Shown: positions 39,199 to 54,180, counted from the first letter of the stretch. The stretch is 64,000 nt of DNA from Octopus sinensis (GCF_006345805.1 NC_043004.1:24986001-25050000), one strand, 5' to 3'. The notes: generated by a model not told the origin, from the letters alone. Translations and numbers: made by a program.

Positions 39199-39526
39199 AA
39201 TTTTTTTTCTGTAATAAGATAAAAAACCTAGGGTTTGTAGATTTTAGAACATTTATAAATAGAAGGTCATACAGCTGTTTCTAGGATATTTATTATATCC
39301 CTTCATCCGAGACGGTGGGAGCAGATGGTTAAGCAATAGTTAGTTTAGATAAGATACCGCACTCTCTATTTCGCATCTTATCTAAATTAACTATTGCTTA
39401 ACCATCTGCTCACACCGTCTCCAATGAAGGGATATAATAAATATCCTAGAAACAGCTGTAAGACCTATTTATAAATGTTCTGAAATCTACACACCTTTGG
39501 TTTTTATCTTATTACGGAAAAAAATT
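39199..39526. repeat. Fold-back with ~155-bp arms, hammerhead motif on each arm
   Basis: 39199-39355 versus 39375-39526; motifs 39266-39313 (-, core CGGATGA) and 39417-39464 (+, core CCAATGA), both ending GAAAcagctgTA. Confidence 0.9.
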
Positions 39527-39535
39527 ATATATATA

Positions 39536-40148
39536 CTAGCACTATGACCCGGCCAGTCAAAATGACTGAAACAAGTAAAAGAGTATATATATATATTTCA
39601 GGCGAGAGTTTCAGGGAGTCGCTAGTGATGTATCGGGATGATCAAAAATCCGGCCAGCTAAAATTTGGTTAAAGTGATTCAAACTGCAGACTCAACGCAA
39701 AATGGTCACATTTAATTCAAAGCGTTAAAAATGTTATGAAAACAATTGGTATGTGTTCACAAAGTCCAAACGATTAATACGAAAAAACCCTCCAGGCTAC
39801 ATCCCGAAAATTCATTTCTTTGTCGAATTTCTACAATGTTTACGGCGATTCGTTTTTATATCTTGATTTTTTATTTTTCATGCAATTTACGCATGCTTGC
39901 ACGCGTGGGGAACACAGTTCACGTCAAACAGCTGACTGAGTAAAGTTCACTATTCAATGCATAGGATAAGGCCTAAACAAACACATTATAGATTTTTGCA
40001 CTTGCGAGATGAATTTCGGAACAGAAATAGCGCAGTTCAATTTTCATTCGCCTAAACATTAAGTGACCCATTTTTGGTGGTTCTACGATTTGTTGGTTAG
40101 GAGGAGATGTGCCGGGAAGTTAAACACACACACCACACACACACACCA

Positions 40149-40188
<40 letters not shown>

Positions 40189-40233
40189 ACACAGATACAC
40201 ATACATACACACAAGTTGAGTTTTATATACATA
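39536..40233 (-). mobile_element. Possible non-autonomous Helitron-like element
   Basis: Minus-strand start tataaaactcaacttgtgtgt with microsatellite; CTAG end at 39536-39539. Confidence 0.4.
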
Positions 40234-40382
40234 TATATGCATAATTTTAAATTTGGGCATACACCTTGTAGTATGCCGTTTAAAGCTCGTTCACTGTATT
40301 CAGCTACCTGATGTCATCAGCAGTATGGATTTTAAGCCACTGGATTTACTTCAGGAATTTCTTCGTTAACGTAGAATTAATT

Positions 40383-40790
40383 ATGTATGAGAGAAAGAAA
40401 AAGAAAATGGAATTAACGAGATTTTTTATTAACCACTACGAACGTTTCAACCCATTGTGCATCGGTCCCTCACGGGTGAGATGTTGTTCTTTGTAAGTCA
40501 ATTTATTACTTATAAAATAAGTGTTCTTCATTTTAACTCAACTTTTCTTGTGTATGCGAGTAGATACAGATAACTACCAGAAAGAATTCTAATCGATATA
40601 AACGAAACGGAGATTAAAGAACGAGGCACCTTATGACAAGTCACTTCACGGGGTACATCTGCATCGAATGATGTACCACAGCTATTTGCACAGCGTCTCA
40701 TCTGCGAGGAATCGATGCGCGATGGGACGAAACGACCGTAGTAATTAATAAAAAATCTCGTGATTTCCATTTTCCTTCTCCTTGTATATA
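40383..40790. repeat. Old inverted repeat with decayed hammerhead-like motifs
   Basis: 40383-40487 versus 40690-40790; both arms keep GAAAcg..cgTA. Confidence 0.7.
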
Positions 40791-41093
40791 ACAGAGATTG
40801 TCATTCGGTATTAATATGGCTTTCGTCGCTTTCAGTTGCGGTTAGGCATCCTAATGCACTTGGAACATCCAATGCTGAATTCCAAATAACTGCAATGTCG
40901 AAACGTATGTGCGAACTAACTATTAAAACTTGTGTTATCTTAATTTACCAATATATATAAATTAAGGTACTGACACGGGACTGCCAGCCGTGGAGAGCAC
41001 TGGTGGACCTGCTCGGCTCTACGCATGATGATGTCTCGGGGACCACAAACCTGGGATGATCACAGCCTCATCAGGCAAGTACATGAAGCGAAG

Positions 41094-41139
<46 letters not shown>

Positions 41140-41289
41140 CTCCTTATGCCTGTGAAATCTTGTATCCCTGCTGTAAGGCTTTACTTCCACACACTCCAGC
41201 TTAATTTAATTCGTCCTTAGTCGAAAGACACTTGTTGTTATATCCTTTTATTTGTATTTGTGTAACATTCTCCGTTTTTTCCGTCCTTG

Positions 41290-41530
41290 TTTTCGTATAC
41301 ATTCTTCCAAGGAATCTAATGCTCTTAGGTCAGTTTTTCCTTGGGGCTGGCCAGATTGGAGCAATCTCGAGTATAACCAGCCGAAATTGCAAAGATAATC
41401 TGGAACTCGGCTAAGGAAAGAAAACTCCGAATGACCCGTCCTTGTTTCCTTGTATCGTCTATCTGGATGATTTGTTGTCCCTTTTCTGTATCACCTAACT
41501 GTCTGGATGTTTCGCGTTCTTGTCCCATTT
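41290..41530 (+). repeat. Dispersed repeat, second copy at 62965-63165 (-)
   Basis: ttccaaggaatcta..ggctggccagattggagcaatctcgag..gaaattgcaaagataatctggaactcg..ccgaatgacccgtccttg. Confidence 0.85.
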
Positions 41531-41535
41531 TGCAT

Positions 41536-41574
<39 letters not shown>

Positions 41575-41995
41575 CATATATATATATATATGCATTATGG
41601 ATGTATGTGTGTGTGTGTACGTGTGTGTGTATATGCACACACACAAAAAGACCTCTCAAAATATATAGACGCCATCTGCTTTTTAGTCTTTGAAAGATTT
41701 ATTCCAACAAAAAAATAATGCTATTTGATGTATTTATTTAAATATTTAAATCTAGTATTCAGTAGGCATGCGTGGCATCAAATGGGTGAGGACTGTTGCT
41801 GGTTTGTATGAGAATGGCTTAACGTCTGACTGACCTTTGTAACGTAAAAAAAGTTACTTCTAAAATACTTCTCACCAAATATTTAGTAGAATATTCCTAA
41901 TAAGCATCGTACTAATGAATAGTGTCTGCACAGATAAAATTGTATAATGCGATGTGTCTATTCACTTTTGTATGTGTACTACATACATACATACA

Positions 41996-42105
<110 letters not shown>

Positions 42106-42289
42106 GCACATATATATATACAGACATATATATACATATACACACGCATATACATACATATATACACATATATAATTATATATATATACGTGTGTGTGCG
42201 TGTGTATACTTATATATATATACAAATATACATACGTGTGTGTATGTACATTAAAGTATACACCCACATATACACTCATATATATTATT

Positions 42290-42479
42290 ATTCTTTTATT
42301 CTTCTACTTGTTTCAGTCATTTGACTGCAGCCATGCTGGAGCACCAACTTTATTCGAACAAATCGACCCCAGCACTTATTCTTTGTAAGCCTAGTACTTA
42401 TTTTATCGGTGTCTTTTGCCGAACGTAAATACACGTAAATACACCAGCATCGGTTGTCAAGTGATGTTAGTGGGACAAA

Positions 42480-42510
<31 letters not shown>

Positions 42511-42745
42511 CACACCACACACACACACACACACACACCACACACACACATACACACAAACACATACACACAAAATATACGCACACACACATACATATAT
42601 ACACGTCTATCAAATCCACTCACAAGGGTTTGGTCGGCCCGAGGCTATTGTAGAAGACACTTGCCTAAGGTGCCAAGCAGTGTAACTGAATCCGGAACCA
42701 TGTGGTTAGTTAGCAAGCTACTTACCACACAGCCACTCCTGCACC
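42290..42745 (-). mobile_element. Full-length SINE B
   Basis: Reverse complement of head, spacer and tail. Confidence 0.9.
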
Positions 42746-43845
42746 TTATACATATATAAGCACAGATTTCCCTTATATATTTTCGCCTTATAGACATATA
42801 AGCACAAATTTCCTATGACCAAATCATAATAGAGTTTATTAAACATTTTTGACATTTTCAAACCTACGTTTTTGAGCGGCGTCTGGTATCCTTCTTTCTA
42901 AAAACATCAATTGATTGGTCAATTCAGTTTTTTTTTGTGAGAAGTGAATAGACACGTTCTTTCTTAGCTACTTATGAAAAGAGAAAAGAAAATATTACTA
43001 CGCAAAAAAAACCACAAAGTTTCAATCACATGTGTTATTCGATCTGAACAGGATCTTCCCAGGGGGTTTATTTCTAGGAATTCATATATTTATATATTGC
43101 TTGTTACAAAATATGTATACATTATGTATTATATGTAATAGGCTGGGGCGGGGATGTGTGGTAAGAAACTATTTAGCATATAGTTTGCAGTAGGCTTTGT
43201 TCGGTACGCAGTATTGGAATGTCACAATAGTCTCACTTGTCTATGACATACTTAATGTGTTTTTAACACCAGGCACATTAAAAAGATGTCCTTTTACACC
43301 TAAAAATGTAGTCGACCTGCGAACCAACTACACCCACATATGTGTTCAATCTTTCTATACCGCGAGTTCCTTCTAATTATTTGGATTTTTCTGTGACATG
43401 AAACATTGGGATATTCCAGCAGATGGTTTTTAAACCATTTAGCATATAGTTATAGTCGGCGATATAGTTTGCAGCAGGCCTTGTACGGTACCCGGCACTA
43501 AAAAGCCACAACAATAACGAAACATCGATATCCGTCGCTCCGAAAAGAGACCTGATGTGAGTTGTCTCACTTGCCTATAACTTACTTCCAGATATTTTTA
43601 ACACCAGGCGCATTTAGAGGATATTTTCATATTTCTAAAAACGCAGCTGACCCACCAACTAACAATGCACACATATCTTGTGTGTGTATTCTTGCGTGTG
43701 CGTCTTCTTGTATGTGTGTTGCTGTGTATGAATGTATGCGCGCATATGTGCGCGTGTGCCTGTGCATACCTTTGCGTGTACGTGTGTCTATGTGTGGTGT
43801 ATGTGTGTGTGTAAGTGGATGTGAGTGTGTGTGGTTGTAGCACAT

Positions 43846-44700
43846 TTAAACCCTAGCATAAATCAAGCGAGGACACCTCCTACATTGATAGGGTTTCTAA
43901 CCGCCCAGCGTCAATAATCAAACAATTAGTTAACAGTATTGGCAGTCGTGTTTCCAACCTATCTAATGATGAAGCTGCTTTCAAAAGGGCAGCCCCATTA
44001 GATAGGTCCAGTTTTACAAATAGTATAACCTATATTGAATCAAACGTAGATAGGCTAAAAAGACATAGACGGAAGAAAATACTATGCTGTAATTCTCCAT
44101 ACAGCAAAAATGTGGATACGAATATAGCAATAAAATTCCTGAAAGTCATAGATAGCTTCTTCCCACACTTACATAAGCACCCCAAGATCTTCAGTAGAAA
44201 TACAAAGTTAACTATAGTTACCTCACCAACATAGGATCGAGTATTTTGAAGCACAATAATAATAGCAGCATTAGGAACTCCCCTCTCCCAAAGAACCTGT
44301 TATTGTAGATCCCTAGATATCTGTTCTCTGAACAATATGTGCCAGGAAAACGAACTACTGTACAAGGATAATATTACGGACTTGAAAGGAACAATAAAAA
44401 CTTACATTGGAATGATGGGAAACACCTTCAAGTAGAGATATACTCAGCATTTGGCTCCGTTCAAAGACAAAAACAAAAGATACATAGCATCTTTATCCAA
44501 TATGATATGGACATTTACAGAGAGGAGGGTGAAGAACTCTCAAATAATCTGGAGCATTATAGCTAAAGCCAGCAAATATAGGAGGTGAGTAAGCAAGTGT
44601 GACATTTTTATTACGGAAAAACTAAATATTATAACACAAACAATGAGCGCTTTAAACATTATGGAGGAAACCTTCTCCCTTGCATGCACAAGAAAATCTC
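43846..44700 (+). pseudogene. Penelope-like element ORF relic: RT thumb, linker and GIY-YIG endonuclease
   Basis: Manual translation: YIDRVSNRPASIIKQL..RRKKILCCNSPYSKNVDTNIAIKFLKVIDSFFP..KIFSRNT; CYCRSLDICSLNNMC..LLYK..TYIGMMGNTFK*RYTQH..SLSNMIW..IIWSII..KCDIFITEKLNI; stops and frameshifts. Confidence 0.85.
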
Positions 44701-44701
44701 A

Positions 44702-45932
44702 TACGAGGTGTTATCAAAAAGTTTCCGGACTAGTTGTGATTAATGAAACATAACTTATTTATCTAAGTTTTAACATCACCTCCTTCATAATAGCCACCTT
44801 GCGCAGCAATACACGGGTTCCAGCGTCCACTTTTGGAATCCGGCCAGGAAGTCATTTTCCGTAAGCGAGGACTTTCAACGGTGTTAAAACGGTGACCTTT
44901 AAGCTGCATTTTCATCTTGGGGAAACGATGGAAGTCCGCAGATGTTAAATCTGGCGAAGAGGGTGGGTGCATATATGATACCATGTTGTTTTTGGCAAGA
45001 ATGAGGAGAGATCGGTGACAGTGCATTGTCGTCGTGAAGAATCCAATTCTTCGCGCTCCACAGATCTGGTCGCTTTCGCCGAATGCCCTCCCTCAAATAC
45101 TTCAAAACGTCGCAGTAGGACTCCAGGTTGACGGTTTGTCGCTGGGGGTCGAATTCACGATGCACGATACCGCGGATGTCGAAAAAAAAACGATGAGCAT
45201 GTTCTCTTGACTGAGCTGTGGTTCTGTCGTGCCTCCTTCGGTCGTGGAGATGAAAGGCTCTTCCATTGCAACAACTTCCATTGCGACAGGGTCGTACCCG
45301 TAGACCCAACTCTCATCACTGGAAGGATGAGTCATCAGCGGTACGCTGACGGAGATTTTGACGGACTTCGACGCGATGTTCTTTCTGCTCAGCAAGCGGG
45401 GGACAAACTTGGTAGAGAAACGCCGCATGTTTAATTCAGACGTTAGGATTACTTGCACGGATCCATACGACAGACCAACAACATCAGCAATGTAGTTGAC
45501 TGTCCCTCGGCTATCCTCATGTACAAGCTTATGAATTTTCTTCACATTTCCGGGATTGACGCTCGTGGCAGATGTTCCACATCACTCGTCTTCCGATTTT
45601 GAAGCGCACGTGCCACTCGAAACATTGTGTAAGCTCGCTGAAACCTGCTCAATATCTCTGTAGCAGACTTCCCAAGTTTAACGCAAAATTTTACTTTGGC
45701 TCTTTGTTTCAACTTCTTGTCTATGAAAAAGTCGCAGACTATAGCATACACGTGATCAAACAACAGAAATTCCACAACTTGTGAAGTAAAAATAGCGATG
45801 TCACTTGGCACACTGCCTCAAGAAGGTCACTGTTGGCTCTCACTGCGCATGCAACCGTGTCCTGCCATTTGTTGCGCTACAGCATTAGTCCGCGAACTTT
45901 TTGATGCTTCGAAATTTCAAGCATAACACCTC
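44702..45932 (-). mobile_element. Mariner (DD34D) element with decayed transposase
   Basis: TIR cgaggtgttatcaaaaagtttccggact and its disrupted complement at 45887-45932; KFCVKLGKSATE, KFVPRLL, DESWVYGYDP, WILHDDNA, HPPSSPDLTSADF. Confidence 0.9.
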
Positions 45933-46063
45933 CGTCACCCAATCAGCCATCACTCTAACCTGGGAAAGCTTCTGTATATCGATTATATGTGCATTACACA
46001 TTAAAAACATATACTCCCGTGAACTTATGCTGGATTCCCTAAACTCTACAGATTTATATGCAT

Positions 46064-46360
46064 AGTGGCGGCGCAATAGCCCTGTGGTTGGGGCAGCGAA
46101 CTCGCGGTCGGAGGATCGCGGTTTCGATTCCCAGATCGGGCGTTGTGTGTGTTTACTGAGCGAAAACACCTAAAATCTCCGGCAGGGGGTGGTGGCGACC
46201 CCTGTTGTACTCTTTCGCCACAACTTTCTCTCACTCTCTCTTCCTGTTTCTTGAGTAACGCTACGATGGACTGGCGTCCCGTCCAGCTGGGGGGAACACA
46301 TACGCCACAGAAACCGGGAAACCGGGCCCATGAGCCTGGCTAGGCTTGAAAAGGGCGACG
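46064..46360 (+). mobile_element. SINE C with alternative 3' module
   Basis: 5' ~170 nt shared with 12448-12740; then cgatggactggcgtcccgtccag..acagaaaccggga..gggcccatgagcc. Confidence 0.85.
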
Positions 46361-46994
46361 TTTATCGTATATACATAGCACATATTCATGACATCATGAT
46401 TCACAGGAAAACCATATGCATATAAACTTATGAACTTACAAATCTATGGACCAAGACCGGCGTAAAAAAAATGTGTGAAATCCCATAAATAATTATATGC
46501 GCATACTCAAATAAGAACAAAAAGCATGCTGCATGTGTGCGTGTGTGTGAATGTGTGTACGCGTGTGTGTATATTCTAATATTTTTTGTGTATGCATGTA
46601 TGTCTACATACATACATGCATAAAAACATACATACAAGCATACATACATACATACATACATACATACATACATACATACATACATGCTATCATACATACA
46701 TGCATGCATCCACATGCGCGCACATATATGGTCGTGCATAAGATAATTAAAGAATTATTTAAACTATGGTGAATGCAACTTCTTGCAAAGATCAAGAGCT
46801 AATGCAAGAGAGATAGCAATTAAAGTATTCTTATAACTTACCTCCCGTGATGTGTGTATTTTGAAATCTCGTCTATGCTTGTATATTCTCTTCCAAAATG
46901 GGGGCGTGTGTCAACACTTCCATGTGGAACACATGAATTATTGTGAAAATCTCTTCACTTGAAACCATCGGTCGTCTTTTTAACCCACAAATAA

Positions 46995-48058
46995 AGTACA
47001 TAAGGATATATTCCATCACAATATCAGATTTTTTAATTAATTTTTTAAAAACTAAACTAAACAGTTTCAAACTTCGAATACTAGTAGAATTTCTCACGTA
47101 GAACACGGTTTACTTTGAACGTTTTTGACAAAATTTCGTGTTGTAGAAGTTATTTCGTGTTAAAGTTTTCGCATTTGTGTAATTTCAACCAATCAACGAC
47201 GTGTATTCGGTTGAAGACAGTTACTGCTGTTTACAATAGTAATCGAAGAGGAACGTCTTCCGGGTCATCTCTACTAAATGTCACCACTCTGTTTGCAGAA
47301 TCAACACCAAAGAAGGAAGAAATATTATTTACATATATTTATTTGTTTGCCCGGTATCGGTGTTTTATCCATACATAAAGCGCGCGGGTGTTTAAAAGAC
47401 CTATAGAGCAACGAGCCCACAGCGAGCTTTTTTGTTGTTGACGTATATGTAGTTTCAAAGTGCCTTATTTTACAACTATGAGATGTATTATCATGATTTT
47501 ATCTTGCTATAATCAACAACAAACACATTTCGTCAATATAAAAGTCTTTATTAGATTAAAAATATCATTATCAAAACATGAAAATAAAACAAAACAAATA
47601 GCGGCTTATACACCAGAAAATACGGTAATTGTAGAGGCAGTGACAAGTTCGCTCGCTGGTTGCTACTTGATAGTGTAGAAAGGAGGGAAAGAGTAAGGAC
47701 TGCAGGGTGCTGACTAGAAAGGAAGAAAGGATAAAGGTGGCATCGTCTTCGCTCGCCATACGAAAGGAATAGAGTGGTGACATTTAGTAGAGATGACCCG
47801 GAAGTTGCTCCTCTTCGATTACTATCGTACACAGCAGCAGCTTTCTTCAACCGAATACACCTCGTTGTTTGGTTGAAATTACCCAAATACAACAACTGTA
47901 ACACAAAATAACTTCTAAAATACGAAATTTTATCAAAAACGTTCAAAGTAAACCGTGTTCTACGTGAGAAATTCTTCCAGTATTCGAAGTTTCAAACTGT
48001 TTAGTTAAAAAAAAAAAAAGAATTAAAACTCTGTGATTGAAATGGAATAGATCCGTAC
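46995..48058. repeat. ~290-bp diverged inverted repeats around a ~480-bp spacer
   Basis: 46995-47291 versus 47771-48058; mirrored ORFs MNVFDKIS..SGSSLLNVTTLF appear on both strands. Confidence 0.9.
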
Positions 48059-48396
48059 ATAATACGTAGATACATATCTACACGTGTGTGTGTGTGTGTG
48101 TGTGTGTGTGCTTGCGTCAGTGTCTTTTAAAGTTCCCTCGTGCAAACTTGTGTGCCATGTTGTGCTTCCCTTGTGTATACAACCCTATCACTTAACCATT
48201 CGACACAGATATTCGATAACATAAACATCCTATTTGAAATACTGAAAATACTGTGGCCTTGTATGACCTACTAAAAGCATCGCCTCCGTCAATTGGCAGA
48301 AACCAGTAAAAGAATAAAAGAACTAACAACTACTGTTGGTGTTCCTATTACTGACTAAAATATTAACCAATTTTTTACAAAAATTTTCGTCATTAT

Positions 48397-48541
48397 TATA
48401 AGGTTGTCCCAAAAGTTCTTAGAAAGTCTTGGAAAATAATGGTCTTTATTTTGAGGAATAATTTTTGTTGTTTTTGTTAGTACTTGGCGAGTAAAAATTC
48501 TATTTTCGCAAGTGTTTACGAACTTTTGGGACAACCTAATA
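48397..48541. mobile_element. Tc1/mariner-type MITE (~145 bp)
   Basis: TIRs aggttgtcccaaaagttc / gaacttttgggacaacct, TA flanks. Confidence 0.8.
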
Positions 48542-48624
48542 TTATCCTCCTCCTCATCATCATTACTCGCATCATTACCGCCCTCATTGAAAGCATCATC
48601 ATCCTCATCATCATCGTCGTCGTC

Positions 48625-48680
<56 letters not shown>

Positions 48681-48984
48681 AAAAAAAAAGAACAAAGGAA
48701 AGTCATCCATTATAAAGAGAGTCCCACATTAGTACGAGCGCACCCATTCACTCAATGTTCCACTACATATTTGGTGAGAACTATTTCAGTAGTCAGTTCT
48801 TCATTGGAAAGGTCAATCAGCCACGAACCCTTTCCTATATATTATAGCAACAATCCTTCCCCATTCGATACCTCCTCCATTTCACGAGATTGTTTCCATT
48901 TTTCTGATAATCTGTTTTTCTTCCATTTTCTCATTATTTTTTTTTGCTTAGGCTAATCATTCTATGGGTCTGTCTGTATGTCTG

Positions 48985-49605
<621 letters not shown>

Positions 49606-50644
49606 CTCTTCCTCTACATTATCTCTTTCTCTGCCGTGGTTACCGAAGTGTCAGAATAAATCACACTTTACCTAAATACTCCTGCTCCTCCTATATTTCA
49701 TACTTCTGATAACGATCTCAACTCACCTAAAGCTGATATGGCATGACATGGCATCTTTCAAGTGTGACTTAGGAAATAGTTCACCGGCCGGGAACATGAT
49801 ATTACTGCTTTTGTTGTGATTCTTGTTTTGTTTATTGATCTCGTCATTGTTGCTCTAATTGTTGCCGTTGTGCTGCTACTGTGGATATTTAATATGGGTT
49901 ATGAGTGGGTAGAAGCCCACCCAAGTTACATCACCGCACCCAGGGGCATGTATTTCTGTAGATGTTGGTGTTAATGTTTAGCCGCAAGTTAGCAGTGGTC
50001 GAGCAAATCTAACACCGTCACGGATCAAACCAACTCTTGTGAGTGAAAACGGGTCGGCTGGAAACGGTACGGAAGCTTAACGGTTAGAATTTACCTGTAT
50101 TTCAAAGGGTCAGTTTTTAAACAAACGGCGTTATGCTGATTCCACTGAAAATACTATGACTGTGGATGGAGCACGGGAACCCATTTAAAAAAACAATGGG
50201 TGTGATTTGAGGGAGATTTAACTGGTGTTTTTAGCAAATCGGGCAACTACGTGGAGACTCTCTGCTATTTCTTTTTATCACCCAGTCAGTAAAGGTAATA
50301 CTCATGCCTTTACGGGGTTTCCGAGACCAGCAGGGGGTGCGGTGGGTAAAGGGTATCCTTAAACTGAAGGCTTGAACCGGATGATTGGCAGAGATGGGAC
50401 TCGGTTAAAGGATCAGGTGGGGATGTTAAGTAGAAGGATAGGGTAAGAGCGGGAGAAAAAACAGTAAAGAAGAACAAGAGAGGGAGACAGATAGACAGAA
50501 AAGCGATAGAATAAGAGTGCGCATCGTAATTATTAAGACAAAACTTACTTGGAAAAAGATGCGTGGTGTTCGATCATATAATAATATAAATAATATATAA
50601 ATATATGCATATATACACACATATATATCCATACCTACATATAT

Positions 50645-50865
50645 ATGTATATATACATGCACATATGGGTACAGGGCATAAAAATCCTTGACACAATGAG
50701 AAACGAGAACATAAAAAAGAAAAAACATACAAAAATAACATTTTTTCGAACAACGTTGTTCGAAAAAAATTTCATTTTCTATGTTTTTGTTTTCTCATGT
50801 TCTCGTTTCTCATTGTGTCTACGTTTTTTTTATGTCCTGCACCCATACATGTATGTATATATATG
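50645..50865. repeat. Fold-back with a perfect 28-bp central palindrome
   Basis: ttttttcgaacaac|gttgttcgaaaaaa at 50741-50768; outer arms gacacaatgagaaacgagaacat / atgttctcgtttctcattgtgtc; family also at 52990-53070. Confidence 0.85.
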
Positions 50866-50899
50866 TATGTATCTATATGCATGGAGTTATAAATATATG

Positions 50900-50943
<44 letters not shown>

Positions 50944-50976
50944 AGATATATAATATTATATATAATATATATATAT

Positions 50977-51854
<878 letters not shown>

Positions 51855-53268
51855 CTTGGAAATGGATGCGTGGCGTTCAGTTAAGTAATAATGATTGTTA
51901 AAAAAATATGCATGTATATATGCACATATATATTATATATATGTGTGTGGTGTGTGTGTGTGTGTGTGTGGTGTGTCTGTATGTATATATATACAACATA
52001 GATATACACACATATATAATATATATATATATATATATATAAAATTTATATTATTATTAACCCCTTGACATCGGTTGATGCAAATTTGCGATCACACCTT
52101 TGCTTGCGTACCTGCAGTTAACGTAAATAGACGTGAGCTCGTTGGCACTTGTGTGTTTGTGTGGCCTCATTTGATTAAAAAAAACCCGGAGCAGTGTCTC
52201 GAATGCTTCGGGCAATACCGGCGTGAAGGGCTTATATATATGCATAAATAGTTACATGAAGTCACTGACTATAAACAACACGAAATACCAAACCAAGCGA
52301 GTTAAATCCGAAAACAACGATGGAAAAATAATTGAAAACAGGACAAGTAACACTAAGAATGACCCTTAATCAGTTGTCGGCTGTCTATCTACCACTCATT
52401 TCGAATATTCAACGACAATATGAGCCTTCGAAGACAGTTGCTCCCATAACTTCCAAAATAAATTTTGGATTTTATGGAGGGTCAAAGTTGGGAATAACAA
52501 CAGGACAGTGGAGACATATAAGGAAACCGAACAAAACAAAGATAGAGGGTCGTTAGACCAGAACGAGGGGAAATATAGTGAACGCCGGGAGAAATATTTT
52601 CCTCGAAAAGAGAAAAGATAGAAGAGAGAGATAGAAGATGTCCAGTCCTTTGGACGTCCGTGCATGAAAAGAAAGATTGTCACGTGAGGAAAAGAAAGAT
52701 GGGCGATGGTCACGTGTGAGTAATGAGAGAGAGCGAGAAAAGAGAAATATGAGGAAGGGAGAGAGAGAAATAGAAAACGGTGAAGAGGAGAAAAAGGGAA
52801 TTAGAGAAGGATTGAGGAAGAAAACAGTATAGAGTAGAGTCGCATCAAAAAGTTTAAGATCAACTTACTTGGAAATGAATGCATGGCGTTCATCAATGAT
52901 TATTATCTATATATATATATATATTATATATATATATATAATACATTAATAAATAAAACCATGCATATATATACATATATGTACGTACCTACCTCTACAT
53001 GATATATACACGCATATATGAGTACAGGAACCAAAAAAACGTCGAACACAATGAGAAACGAAAACATAGACACAAACCCAAGGAATTGGACATTTTTCTT
53101 AAACAACAAAAAATAGAGTACAGGACAAATAACAAAAGGAAAAAAACCCTTCTTCAGTCGTCATGGTTTCATCTACTCTACGTTTCGAAGGTGAATATAT
53201 ATATATATATGCATGTTATTTACAGTTGGTGACGTCCTGTACCCATATATTCTCATATATATATTCTC

Positions 53269-53301
<33 letters not shown>

Positions 53302-53577
53302 TATTTTTTAATATATTATTTGATTGAACGCCACGCATCCATTTCCAAATAAGTCTATCTTAACCTTTTTGATGCGACTCTATCTATACTGCTTTGGCAT
53401 CTTCTTGAAGAATTTCTAGTCGAGTGAATCAACCCGTACTTGTTTTTTCTTAAAGCCTAGTACCAATTTTATCAGCCTCATTTGGTTTGCCACAAGGTTA
53501 CGGGGAAGTAAGCCTACATCAACACAGGTCATCAAGTGCTAGTGGGGGACAAACACAGACACAAGGTACACACATAC

Positions 53578-53610
<33 letters not shown>

Positions 53611-53614
<4 letters not shown>

Positions 53615-53838
53615 AAGGAAATGAAGAAAATGCTAACAAAATAATTTAAGAAAGGGAGAGTGTATTTAATAGGTGAAAGTTCTTTACCGGTTGCGCATTT
53701 GTTATGCTTATCTCTCTTAAAAAATATCTTTTGATAAGCATAACAAATGCGGCAACGGTAAGAACTTTCACCTAATTAAATACACTGTCCCTTTCTTAAA
53801 TTATGTTGTCAGCATTTTCTCATTTCCATTTTTTATAT
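53611..53838. repeat. Fold-back with ~100-bp arms and a decayed U3-A8 hammerhead-like motif
   Basis: 53611-53712 versus 53733-53838; arm consensus tctt TTGATAA gcat-aacaa-atgc GCAA ccgg TA aaga. Confidence 0.8.
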
Positions 53839-53889
53839 ATCAACTCGTGTTCCACATCTCCTTTTTTAAATATATATATATATATACAT

Positions 53890-54080
53890 ATTCTTTTATT
53901 TTTATTGTTTCAGTCATTTAACAGCGGCCATGCTGGAGCACCGTCTTTAGTCGAGCAAATCGACCCCAGGACGTATTCTCGTAAGCCTAGTACTTATTCT
54001 ATCGGTCCCTTTGCCAAACCGGAGTTACGGGGATGTAAGCACACCAACATCGGTTGTCAAGCAATGTTGGAGGGACAACC
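53890..54080 (-). mobile_element. SINE B 3' half
   Basis: Reverse complement of the B tail. Confidence 0.8.
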
Positions 54081-54106
54081 ACACACCACGCAAACATATA
54101 TATGTA

Positions 54107-54156
<50 letters not shown>

Positions 54157-54180
54157 CACACATATTATATATATATATAT

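Noticed and set aside
53145-53192. GAAAC..CTGAAGA on the minus strand as a type II hammerhead (similar CTGAGGA at ~63042)
   Set aside because: No stem I can be formed and stem II is weak
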